From a virus (taxonomy: Duplodnaviria > Caudoviricetes): a stretch of DNA of 43,897 bases. Shown here piece after piece: positions 1 through 8,167 of the stretch. Within the stretch, counting starts at the first letter, position 1. The number at the start of each line of letters is the position of its first letter. The notes beneath the pieces are model-generated. The model searched no databases and was not told the origin of the DNA. It worked only from the letters and a program-made list of their open reading frames with translations. Made by a program: the position numbers and the translations under genes. The stretch is from positions 1-43,897 of the IMG/VR virus record IMGVR_UViG_3300048856_000091; one strand, written 5' to 3'.

Positions 1-975
1 ATGGATGTCGTAGAAGACGCCTTAATGCGCGCCAAAGAAAGCGCTCACCTGAGCGCTCGATTTGTCAGCTTCCTGACATTGATCCTGCTGCCTTTGGTTC
101 TAGGTGTCTGGGTTGACAAAGCGGACCCGGCAGCGGTTGGAAACTTCACCTTTTGGGCGGTCATCGCCGTCATCTTCGTGATTCAGACGTTCGTATATTT
201 GAAGTTGGATAGGAAGGCTGCTGAAGACACGCCGCAGTTGGTCTTCGCGTACAACGAGGTCGTACACTCGAACGAACGGCTCACCATAGAAGCCATAGAA
301 GTATCAACTAGCCTTGAGAACACGATCGCCGCGCAGACCTTGGGGCGGACGTGGTCCGCGCAGCAAACCCACTTCGACCTGTTTTTCAAAGCCGGGTTCG
401 GAACCGTGAAGGACGCCTGCGAAGCTATTATAGAGCCGCTGCTGGGCCAGGCGGGCAAGGTCTTCGCTTGGGGGTACGATGACCGATGGACCGTGTCAGT
501 CTACAGGTGGAACGCTGCATCAAGTCTGCTTGAGCCTGTTTGGTGGAAGAGAGCGAGTGAGCACCCATCGAGCGGCACTCCTCGTACATGGCGGGACGGT
601 GAAGGCCATTGCGGAACGGCATTCATGAGCCAGCAAACGCTCTTTACCGACGACTTGAACGACCAAAGTACTTTCAACAGAGTTCGCCCAACACCGGGGA
701 ATATGCGCGACTACGATCACGAGGTGTATCGATCCTTCGTGACGGTGCCACTCACCATTGCGCTTCCGGACGGTCCGGAGGAAGGACTGCGCCTAGGAGT
801 GGTTACGCTGACCAGTGACGTGATGGGCCGTTTCGGCGAGACGAACGTTGGAGTCGCTGAGCAGCTTGGGGATGTGCTGGCGCAGGCGCTCTATATCGAC
901 CATGTTGCGCAAGGCGGATCGAGCGCGTACGGGCCCGGAGATGACGGAGAGCGAAGCGATGACGAAGCGGAATGA
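1..975 (+). CDS. Membrane protein: two N-terminal TM helices, helical linker, C-terminal GAF domain
   Basis: Hydrophobic segments FVSFLTLILLPLVLGVWV and FTFWAVIAVIFVIQTFVYL; GAF-type motifs GEGHCGTAF, YRSFVTVPL and LGVVTLTSD..GRF. Confidence 0.7.
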   Translation: MDVVEDALMRAKESAHLSARFVSFLTLILLPLVLGVWVDKADPAAVGNFTFWAVIAVIFVIQTFVYLKLDRKAAEDTPQLVFAYNEVVHSNERLTIEAIEVSTSLENTIAAQTLGRTWSAQQTHFDLFFKAGFGTVKDACEAIIEPLLGQAGKVFAWGYDDRWTVSVYRWNAASSLLEPVWWKRASEHPSSGTPRTWRDGEGHCGTAFMSQQTLFTDDLNDQSTFNRVRPTPGNMRDYDHEVYRSFVTVPLTIALPDGPEEGLRLGVVTLTSDVMGRFGETNVGVAEQLGDVLAQALYIDHVAQGGSSAYGPGDDGERSDDEAE

Positions 976-1252
976 GGCTACGACGGGCTCACTTTCGTTC
1001 AAGGATCGCACCCTTTCAAAGGCGGCGGCGAAGGAGCTCTTCAACACGAAGTCGCCTCATGTCCTCGGCGGCATCATCGACACTACTGTCGGACGGATAA
1101 AGCAAGCCAAGACAACCAAGGCGGAAAAAGCTACCGACGCATACTTCGCGTACAGGACTGTAAAGCTAGGCCCCTTAGGCGGAGATGCCAGGGCAGTTCG
1201 GCTCCGAGGTGGCGTCTCCAAGGCGCATGGAAAGTCACGCGAAAACGCCTAA
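959..1252 (+). CDS. Small basic hypothetical protein (97 aa)
   Basis: ATG at 959 overlaps the end of the GAF gene, with GGAGAG upstream; Lys/Arg-rich product. Confidence 0.45.
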   Translation: MTKRNEATTGSLSFKDRTLSKAAAKELFNTKSPHVLGGIIDTTVGRIKQAKTTKAEKATDAYFAYRTVKLGPLGGDARAVRLRGGVSKAHGKSRENA

Positions 1253-1497
1253 AGGTGACGTGATTTGCGCCTGTGCGGGCAGCGATTCGTGAGGCGGTGG
1301 CCGGGTTCCACCTGGATCTTGCAGCATTCGGAGAGCACCAACTCAGCGCCCGTCGTGCTGCACGCCATCGAGCAGACGGCCGGCCGATTCCTTGCCGCAG
1401 CACTCGCGGCTGGGCGCCTGGAGGGGGCGCTCGGCTGATCCACATCAGGCCCGACCTTTCCGATGCGGTCGCCGGGCCCTCACGCTGCACAGGATGA

Positions 1498-2784
1498 TCA
1501 CGACCGCAGGTGCACGGTCGTGTACCGCTTCATCTCCGACCAGTAGTCCTCGACCGCCTCGATCAACTCCGCCAGATAGTCGGGCCGCAGGTGTCGGTAG
1601 TTGCGCTTGTTCGTGCCTTCACCGATGTGCCCGGCTGCCGCTTCGATCTGCGCCTCAGGAACGCCGCGCGCGTGCATCTCCGTGATGATGGTGTGGCGCA
1701 GCGTGTTCGGCGTTCCGCGTCCGCGCAGCTTCGGCCGCGGGTTCGTCTCGGCCAGCTTCCGGCGTGGCGGCAGGCTGACCGGCTTGCCTCGCGCGTCCAG
1801 CACTGGCCGGCTGATGCCCGCTTCCACCAGGCAGGCATCGAAGGCATTGCCCAGGTCGTAGCAGTCGCGCTCGAAGAACTCCGGCACGGCTGGATCGGCC
1901 CACTTCGCGGGGGCCCGTTCTGCCCGGTACTTGATGACCTTGCCGGTGATCCCCTCCAGCCAAGGTGCCAGCGTGGGCGCGATCGGCACGATGGACCGGC
2001 GCTTGGACGTCTGGTCGCGATCCGGATCCAGGAAGAAGATCAGGCCGCGGTCGATCTGGTGATCGTGCAGGTCGAGGATCGCTTCGCTTCGGCCGCAGGT
2101 GCTCAGCGCAATGAGCGAATAGAGGAACACGTGGTGTCGCTCGGGTCGGCTCCAGGCAGCCTCCAGCAGCGCCGCAACCTGCTCCATGGAATAGGTCAGA
2201 TCGCGCGGCTTCGCCTTCTCCTTCCCGTCTACGTCCTTCACGAACGGGGCGGCCTCGATCAGCTCTTCCCGCCACGCCCAGTTGAGCGCGCCGCGCAGTG
2301 CGGCAAGGTCGCGGCTGATCGTGTGGCCGCCGACGTCTTCTCCCTTCCGGAAGGCGATGAACCGATCCACGAACGTCTTGTTGACGTCGGCGACGGTCAC
2401 GCCGCCGGTGATCCGGCCGAGGCGTTGCTCACGATCGAAGAAGCGGAGGAGGTGCTGGACGGAGATGGCGTAGCGCGCGCTATCCGCCTTGGTGGCGACA
2501 TGATCCCGCATCCAGCCGGTCAGCAGCTCGGGCACCATCGCCTGCGCCTTCGCCTGGGGCGCGGCCGGCTTGCTCGCCTCCAGATAGTGGCGCGCTAGCG
2601 CTTCCCGCGCTGCCTCGGGCGGCTCAGCGCTGCCGCCTCCTCCAATGCCTGTCTTGCGGCGGCGCCGTGTACGAGCGGCGGGATCGTACCAGCAGATGCT
2701 CCAGTCGTCTCGCTCGGCTCGGTATTCGAGCCAGTAGGAGCCGAGTTGGACGCGCTCGGCGCTTTGGGCCTTCTGTCGCGCCAT
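1498..2784 (-). CDS. int: Phage tyrosine recombinase/integrase
   Basis: TCGRSEAILDL (catalytic R), TLRHT, AAGH and NYRH (catalytic Y) motifs; position at the prophage edge. Confidence 0.92.
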   Translation of the reverse strand: MARQKAQSAERVQLGSYWLEYRAERDDWSICWYDPAARTRRRRKTGIGGGGSAEPPEAAREALARHYLEASKPAAPQAKAQAMVPELLTGWMRDHVATKADSARYAISVQHLLRFFDREQRLGRITGGVTVADVNKTFVDRFIAFRKGEDVGGHTISRDLAALRGALNWAWREELIEAAPFVKDVDGKEKAKPRDLTYSMEQVAALLEAAWSRPERHHVFLYSLIALSTCGRSEAILDLHDHQIDRGLIFFLDPDRDQTSKRRSIVPIAPTLAPWLEGITGKVIKYRAERAPAKWADPAVPEFFERDCYDLGNAFDACLVEAGISRPVLDARGKPVSLPPRRKLAETNPRPKLRGRGTPNTLRHTIITEMHARGVPEAQIEAAAGHIGEGTNKRNYRHLRPDYLAELIEAVEDYWSEMKRYTTVHLRS

Positions 2785-2939
2785 GTGGAGACCAGCTCCT
2801 TCCTGCGTTCATTGGTGAGGATGGAATAGGCGGGGGACTCAACCAGGGCGCGGACGACGTCCGGCGCCAGGTGCGCCCTGGTCCCGTTGCGGGCCGCGCG
2901 CTCCAGCTGGTCGGTGAGTTCGTGGAAGGGCAGGGTCAC
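2595..2939 (-). CDS. Hypothetical protein in the excisionase position, overlapping the integrase 5' end
   Basis: GTG at 2939 overlaps the upstream stop (GTGA); its last 190 nt run in another frame of int. Confidence 0.5.
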   Translation of the reverse strand: MTLPFHELTDQLERAARNGTRAHLAPDVVRALVESPAYSILTNERRKELVSTWRDRRPKAPSASNSAPTGSNTEPSETTGASAGTIPPLVHGAAARQALEEAAALSRPRQRGKR

Positions 2940-3184
2940 TGGCCCCTCCCGTGCGCCTTGTTGGCAAGCACCTGCGCGGCCGAAACCTTGCGCGGCTGGC
3001 GTCCGAGCCGCACGGCGAAGTGCAGACCGAACCATTGCAGCTCGACCTCCCAGACCTCGCCTTCCGCCTCGTCCGAGAAGTCACGCTCGACCTGGTCGAG
3101 GCGCCAGGTAGTGGTCTTTCCCCAGTCGTACCAAGGCTCCAGCCAAGGTGCGTGGCGCCGGATGGCATGGATCAGCCGGTTCAT
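2936..3184 (-). CDS. Phage hypothetical protein (MNRLIHAIRRHAPW...)
   Basis: ATGA coupling upstream and GTGA coupling downstream in the leftward operon. Confidence 0.7.
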   Translation of the reverse strand: MNRLIHAIRRHAPWLEPWYDWGKTTTWRLDQVERDFSDEAEGEVWEVELQWFGLHFAVRLGRQPRKVSAAQVLANKAHGRGQ

Positions 3185-3561
3185 CGAACCATCTCCATCT
3201 GCCGCGACAGGAGCTTTTCCAGCCGCGCGAAGTAGGTCAGCCGGCTGGCGGTGCTGTCGTCGTAGAGCCACAGCATGTCGCCGCGCGGGTTCCACCACAC
3301 GTCCTTCAGTAGGGCGGGATCGCGCGCAAAGAACACGCCGTGCGTCGGCATCATCGTCGCATAGTCCAGGCCGCCGCCTCGCGGCATGCCCAGCGGCGCA
3401 TAGTCGCGGTTCAGCGGTAGGAACGCGTGCTTCCGCCCGGGATACTCCACCCGCTTCAGGAGGTAGGGCATCCAGACTTTGAAGAACGTCGGGCCGTACG
3501 CCATGCCGTACCCGCAGGTGAGCCGAGCCGCTTGCTCGGCGGTGATCGAGTGCCTCGTCAT
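3181..3561 (-). CDS. Phage hypothetical protein (MTRHSITAEQ...)
   Basis: ATGA-coupled at both ends; purine-rich RBS; protein-like composition. Confidence 0.7.
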   Translation of the reverse strand: MTRHSITAEQAARLTCGYGMAYGPTFFKVWMPYLLKRVEYPGRKHAFLPLNRDYAPLGMPRGGGLDYATMMPTHGVFFARDPALLKDVWWNPRGDMLWLYDDSTASRLTYFARLEKLLSRQMEMVR

Positions 3562-3740
3562 CGCCGTTTCCTTCCGTCGCGGCAGTACCCGCAGCGGCCG
3601 TTCACCAGCCGCGGCATGTCCTCGCCACATTCTTCGCATTCACCGGGTCGACCGACCGGGACCTGGACACGCGCGGCTGCGAGGCTCTGCTCGAGGTGCG
3701 TCTCGGTGATCGCGTTTGCGTGATCGACGTCGTCAGCCAA
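3558..3740 (-). CDS. TraR/DksA C4-type zinc-finger protein
   Basis: N-terminal MADDVDHA (DxxDxA) plus CEEC...CGYC. Confidence 0.85.
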   Translation of the reverse strand: MADDVDHANAITETHLEQSLAAARVQVPVGRPGECEECGEDMPRLVNGRCGYCRDGRKRR

Positions 3741-4026
3741 CGGCCTGCTCCGTCCCCCCGGCCCATGCCGCGTGCGCCTCGAAGACGCTTGCCGGATCTT
3801 CGTCAGTTGGAAGCTTCGGCTCCGAACCAGCCAGGAACAGCTTCATGAACTGATCCCAGAGCCGCGCGACTTCCTGTGCCGCCTGGATCCGCGCGGTGCG
3901 GTCCTGTGTGGTGTCAGCGGTACCTCGCTCTGCCGCCGAATAGAGCGCGTGCAGGGAAAGGGCGGCAGCGTCGAAAGCGGCCCACGCCGCCTCCACGGGC
4001 GAGTTCTCGACTACCAGGCGGATCAT
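3733..4026 (-). CDS. Phage hypothetical protein (MIRLVVENSP...)
   Basis: ATGA-coupled start at 4026; overlaps the next gene. Confidence 0.65.
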   Translation of the reverse strand: MIRLVVENSPVEAAWAAFDAAALSLHALYSAAERGTADTTQDRTARIQAAQEVARLWDQFMKLFLAGSEPKLPTDEDPASVFEAHAAWAGGTEQAVG

Positions 4027-4520
4027 GCTGCCGGCTCCCCGGTTGCCGCGGCCGGGCGCTTGCCGCGGACATCCAGCGCAAAGGACAGCAGTTTCTCGGT
4101 GTCGTCGAACCAGCCATGGCTTGCCCAGGACGAGCACGAAACCACCTTGCCGTTAGGCATCTGCACAAAGTTGCCGATGTCCTCTGGCTCGCTGACCCCA
4201 TCATTGACGCCAGAGGCGGTAACAGGGCGGACATCTCCGTCGACGCAAATTGCCCAGCCGATCAACGGCACAGCTTCCACAGACCATTCGTCCGCGTCGT
4301 CTCCACCCGTGAAGACATGAAGGAAGCTGGTCCCCGGCTCCGAGGGGATCAGCTGGACAGGCGTCGCGCCAAACCGCTCCCAGGTTATCAGGCCAATGCT
4401 CGTGGTGCCGTCTTGCAGCCTCAGCTTGAGCATTTCCACGCCATGCTTGTTCACATCCGCCGACGCGCTGGCGATCTGGTGCATCGGGATGAAGCAGCTG
4501 TGATGATAAACGCCGGTCAT
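4023..4520 (-). CDS. Phage hypothetical protein (MTGVYHHSCF...)
   Basis: ATGA-coupled start at 4520 and stop at 4023. Confidence 0.65.
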   Translation of the reverse strand: MTGVYHHSCFIPMHQIASASADVNKHGVEMLKLRLQDGTTSIGLITWERFGATPVQLIPSEPGTSFLHVFTGGDDADEWSVEAVPLIGWAICVDGDVRPVTASGVNDGVSEPEDIGNFVQMPNGKVVSCSSWASHGWFDDTEKLLSFALDVRGKRPAAATGEPAA

Positions 4521-4819
4521 GAGCGCAGATCCGAATTGATGGTTTCGAAGGGGACCGGAGACCGTTGAGCGGTGGCGATCAGACGCTGGAGCTTTCGAGC
4601 CAGTTGGTCGCACAGCGCCCGCGTCTTGGCCGGTGTCTTGGTCTCGACGCTGGTCGAGCTGAGAAGAGCGATCATCGACAGCATGGAGTCGATGACCTCG
4701 CCGCTGCGCACGAAGGCCGCGCGCGGCTGCCCAGGCTCCTCGACGATCGACACTTTCATGATCGCCTGCATGAGCGCCTCGGTGAAGCGTGCCTGATAGG
4801 CGTGGTCGATCTCGCTCAT
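4517..4819 (-). CDS. Phage hypothetical protein (MSEIDHAYQ...)
   Basis: ATGA-coupled at both ends. Confidence 0.7.
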   Translation of the reverse strand: MSEIDHAYQARFTEALMQAIMKVSIVEEPGQPRAAFVRSGEVIDSMLSMIALLSSTSVETKTPAKTRALCDQLARKLQRLIATAQRSPVPFETINSDLRS

Positions 4820-6108
4820 GCTGCTTCGCCCCGACGTAGAGGGAGCGATGCGGGCTGACCGTTCGACGGATCTGCGCCCATCGCCGCAAGGTCGACACCT
4901 CCGAGCTTCGCGAGATCGTCGATCGCGCTCCACAGCTGACGGATCTTGCCGTCCGCTTCTCGAAGCGCCGCCACGAAGTCGGGGTGGCGGGGATCCAACA
5001 TGGCATGATCAGACCACGCCTCTTCCGCGAAAGCGGGGAACACCTCCCGCAGCTTTACCAGCACGCCCTCGATCGTCGTCGCGCGCGCGGTGAGGATGAG
5101 GTCTTCTGCCGCCGCGCGACGGACATCCGCCGCAGTGTTCCACGGGTGCCCCTCCAGATCGGGACCGAACGCGAACCAGTGCTCCTCGTCGCTTCGCAAC
5201 TCCGCGAACGCGGAGAGAAGGTCGTCATCCCCCTGGACGAACGCGCCAAGCCGGCCGAACCGGCGGGCGTCCATGGTGAGGTGCCGCATGACCTCGTCCA
5301 CGCGGGCCAAGTCCCAATCGCGCTCCTCCTCGATCAGCTTGAGCTTCACGGCGAGTTCGGCCGGGGAAGGGGCTGACGTCAGGTAGAGGCGGATGCGGCT
5401 GTCGTCATATGAGCTGACACGCGCGTCGAACTCCATCTCGGCAGCGAGGAGCGCAGCATCTGCAGCTTTGCGGTCATCCTCGGTCGCAGCATCGAACCGC
5501 CGGTGAGCCGCTTCGAGGGGACCGTCCCTGTAGGTCCGCATCTCGCGCTGGTCCTCGACGACGTTGTCGTAGAGGCGGCGCCAGTGCGCGAGCAGGCCTC
5601 CCATGTAGGGAGCTGGCGCAGTTGCGCGATCGAGCAGGTCGCCTGCATGGCGCTTGATTTCGTCGACCACGGCTTGGCCATCGTGGGGCGCGGCATCTGC
5701 GACGCCGAGCATCGCCGTGTCGCACAGCAGACGTACCGCCAGGATAAAGCCGTTCTGATCGGGCGGGGCGAGCCTGGCGAGTCCCACCGCGGCGCGGGCA
5801 GCGGCCTTGGCGAGCGGACGGTAGGCCTGCCAGTTCGGCTCTTTGCGGAGTTCCACGCCTGCGTCCGCAAAAAGGGGCTCGATGTGCTCGTCCCAGTGGG
5901 CGTCACGTATGGCGATCGCAGCCTCAGCTTTCGCCAACGCGGCGTGCCAAGCGGCGAGATCAAGCGGCTGGGGCTGCTCTGCCACCTCCTCGAGGGTCTG
6001 CTCCGGCAGGTTGCCGAACAACTGGTTTACCGCGGCAAGCGCCGCCGCTGGTGCGCGCGGGGTCGCCTGCGCGGCCGGGAAGTCGATGTCCTTGAATTGC
6101 GTTGCCAT
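4816..6108 (-). CDS. Large alpha-helical phage hypothetical protein, first gene of the leftward operon
   Basis: 430-aa ORF with GGAG RBS; three similar motifs LAPPDQNGFILAV, SAPSPAELAVKL and RATTIEGVLVKL. Confidence 0.75.
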   Translation of the reverse strand: MATQFKDIDFPAAQATPRAPAAALAAVNQLFGNLPEQTLEEVAEQPQPLDLAAWHAALAKAEAAIAIRDAHWDEHIEPLFADAGVELRKEPNWQAYRPLAKAAARAAVGLARLAPPDQNGFILAVRLLCDTAMLGVADAAPHDGQAVVDEIKRHAGDLLDRATAPAPYMGGLLAHWRRLYDNVVEDQREMRTYRDGPLEAAHRRFDAATEDDRKAADAALLAAEMEFDARVSSYDDSRIRLYLTSAPSPAELAVKLKLIEEERDWDLARVDEVMRHLTMDARRFGRLGAFVQGDDDLLSAFAELRSDEEHWFAFGPDLEGHPWNTAADVRRAAAEDLILTARATTIEGVLVKLREVFPAFAEEAWSDHAMLDPRHPDFVAALREADGKIRQLWSAIDDLAKLGGVDLAAMGADPSNGQPASLPLRRGEAA

Positions 6109-6218
6109 GTGCCGTCTCCCACGAGGTCGCAGGAGATGGGCGGAGGCTGCCGGGGCGAGCGCGCTTATCTAGCCTGCATCACCGTCTTCGGCCCGTAGGC
6201 GATCTGGTGACGGCAAAC

Positions 6219-6260
6219 CGATACGGCATGTATCGACTCCTAGTCAATACGTGTTGTATC
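6219..6260. promoter_or_regulatory. Left operator pair (OL-like)
   Basis: CGATAC-GGCAT-GTATCG (6219-6235) and AATAC-GTGTT-GTATC (6246-6260); same consensus as the sites at 7012 and 7036. Confidence 0.8.
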
Positions 6261-6990
6261 ACTTGATGCTGCGGCCCACCCATTCCACCAAACCGACAAG
6301 GTTTGCGTCTTTGTCGAGTGGCACCGCTATGCCATCCAAGCTGTCCGGTAGGGCAATGCTCCGGCCGTCGCTGAGTCGTTTTGCCCAGCACACCAGAATC
6401 TCGTCGAAATTGCGCACCACCCAGAGCTGCGGCTGGGCCTTGATCTCACCCATCTCGCTATCCACCAACAGCATGTCACCCTCTTCAGCAACAGCCTTGG
6501 CTAAAGAAGGGGGGCACCTCATCATGAACATGAATCCACGTTCGAATTTCTCGCGGGGAACCGCGACAGTCTCTGGGTGAACGAAGTGAAACCTGGGGAA
6601 ACCGGTCTCATCTTCGACTGCATCGACCGAATTGACGGTCACAGAGAGTTCCGGAAGAAAGAATAGGCCGAACGTTTCACAGGCAGCGTTCGCGGCTTCA
6701 ACCGCATCATCTTTCCAGGTCATGCGCGGGAGCAGGGCCTCAGCGTACAGCTTGCCCAACGGGATCCGCCACGAGTCCGACTTGCCTAGTCCGAGATCGA
6801 GCAGCCAAGACGGTGCAACCTTGAAGGCTTCGCCGTAGATGATCGCCTGCTCAACATTGTATCCGCGGGTCCCGTTCTCATGATGACGGTAGGCGGCTTC
6901 GTTCCAGCCAAATCGACGTGCAGCGGCGGAAGCCGACTTGAAGCCGGCGGCTTGTCGCGCGTGACGTAGGCGCTCGTAGGGCTTTTCCAT
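6259..6990 (-). CDS. CI-like repressor (XRE HTH plus S24-like C-terminal domain)
   Basis: RLRHARQAAGFKSASAAARRFGWNEAAYRHHENGTR HTH; EGDMLLVD and VGLVEWVGR resemble S24; divergent from the Cro-like gene. Confidence 0.88.
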   Translation of the reverse strand: MEKPYERLRHARQAAGFKSASAAARRFGWNEAAYRHHENGTRGYNVEQAIIYGEAFKVAPSWLLDLGLGKSDSWRIPLGKLYAEALLPRMTWKDDAVEAANAACETFGLFFLPELSVTVNSVDAVEDETGFPRFHFVHPETVAVPREKFERGFMFMMRCPPSLAKAVAEEGDMLLVDSEMGEIKAQPQLWVVRNFDEILVCWAKRLSDGRSIALPDSLDGIAVPLDKDANLVGLVEWVGRSIK

Positions 6991-7011
6991 GCCTCGCTAT
7001 ACTCCGGGTTC

Positions 7012-7052
7012 GATACTGAGGGTATTGGCAAGGATCAATACGCAGTGTATTG
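7012..7052. promoter_or_regulatory. Right operator pair (OR-like) between cI and cro
   Basis: GATAC-TGAGG-GTATT (7012-7026) and CAATAC-GCAGT-GTATTG (7036-7052). Confidence 0.8.
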
Positions 7053-7059
7053 CTGCCTG

Positions 7060-7257
7060 ATGCAGACCGTTGAAGATGTCTATCGTCTATGGCCGTCGGC
7101 GGCCGCGCTGGCTCGTGACATTGGTGTCCCCGGGGTCACGGTGCGCCAGTGGCGCAATCGCGGGTACCGCATTCCTCCCCGGTATTGGCCCAGCATCCAA
7201 CTGGCGGCCCGAGCGAAAAGCGCTGAGATTCCGCTGCACGTGTTCTTACCGGAATGA
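7060..7257 (+). CDS. Cro-like HTH protein
   Basis: WPSAAALARDIGVPGVTVRQWRNRG.RIP.RYW; small HTH gene divergent from the repressor. Confidence 0.85.
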   Translation: MQTVEDVYRLWPSAAALARDIGVPGVTVRQWRNRGYRIPPRYWPSIQLAARAKSAEIPLHVFLPE

Positions 7258-7694
7258 GCCGCCGCAAAGGATTAGGCCGGGGGCGGGCATTCGGATTGGG
7301 AGCCCGGCCGAACGACAATCGCCGCGTTGCCTGGACGGAGGCGGCGTCCAGCCGCCTCATCGGAGGAGACGCTGTGATGGGACGCCCCGGGCCTGCGGGC
7401 ATGGCGCTCATGCGGCTGGCACAGTCGGCTGATAGCCCCTCAGTCATTCACCGGCACCGTGCACCGGACCACGTCCACGATGTCGTCCAGGATGTACAGC
7501 GCCGGCCCGTGCAGCGTCATCGAGTTCAGATCCTGCAGGCGATCAAGGAAGTAGTGGGCGACGTCGTTGCCCAGACCCTCCCGCATCATCGTGTCGACGA
7601 GCGCGGCAATCATGTTGCCGATCGCGAGCGCCGTGACCTGATTTCGCCGGCGGGCTTTTCGATCCTTCACCATGCATTCGGAGCTACGGCATGA
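7254..7694 (+). CDS. Possible 'bridge' ORF spanning an antisense gene
   Basis: ATGA overlaps with cro (7254-7257) and with the next gene (7691-7694); its second half reads like an antisense shadow. Confidence 0.35.
   Translation: MSRRKGLGRGRAFGLGARPNDNRRVAWTEAASSRLIGGDAVMGRPGPAGMALMRLAQSADSPSVIHRHRAPDHVHDVVQDVQRRPVQRHRVQILQAIKEVVGDVVAQTLPHHRVDERGNHVADRERRDLISPAGFSILHHAFGATA
7440..7673 (-). CDS. Small hypothetical protein, antisense to the early right operon
   Basis: 77-aa ORF with natural amphipathic composition and GC-rich third codon positions. Confidence 0.6.
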   Translation of the reverse strand: MVKDRKARRRNQVTALAIGNMIAALVDTMMREGLGNDVAHYFLDRLQDLNSMTLHGPALYILDDIVDVVRCTVPVND

Positions 7695-8167
7695 ACGCGC
7701 CGCATTTCCACGCGCCCCGTCGCACGTTTTCCGCGTCTCGCGCGGTCGAGGTGCAGGGCTCCGTGCTGACCGACATCAAGAACGACGACGCTGCCACCTG
7801 GAAGGACATTGGCGAGGTGCTCGGTAAGTCCGAGGACCGGGGCGCCGTCTACGGTGCCGGCACGTCTCCGATGGATCTTCCGACCTTCCTGCGCGGTTGC
7901 CGCGAGTGGAAAGGCCGCTTTGCCGATCCTCTTCTGGCGCTGGTGGGCGGGCGCTGGGCCGACGCAGGGGCTGTGTGCACCGGCGACGAAGCACATGCTT
8001 CGCTGACACTGTCGCAGCTGCTGCCGGCGATCATCGCCGCGGAGCTCGACGGCGAGACCACGGTCACGGAGATCGAGCCGCAGGAGGTGCTGATCCGTCG
8101 CGTCCACCGGATCACCGGCATGTGGCTCGACATGATCGCGGCCGAGCACGCGAGGCAGCCGGTATGA
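7691..8167 (+). CDS. Phage regulatory protein in the CII position
   Basis: HTH-like TWKDIGEVLGKSEDRGAVY; lies between cro and the replication genes. Confidence 0.6.
   Translation: MNAPHFHAPRRTFSASRAVEVQGSVLTDIKNDDAATWKDIGEVLGKSEDRGAVYGAGTSPMDLPTFLRGCREWKGRFADPLLALVGGRWADAGAVCTGDEAHASLTLSQLLPAIIAAELDGETTVTEIEPQEVLIRRVHRITGMWLDMIAAEHARQPV

Noticed and set aside
1253-1500. Possible attL or tRNA target next to the integrase stop
   Set aside because: No tRNA fold and no direct repeat shared with the right end could be found by eye; the small ORFs here look like fragments
1510-2598. 362-aa plus-strand ORF
   Set aside because: Antisense shadow of the integrase, with no coupling or motifs
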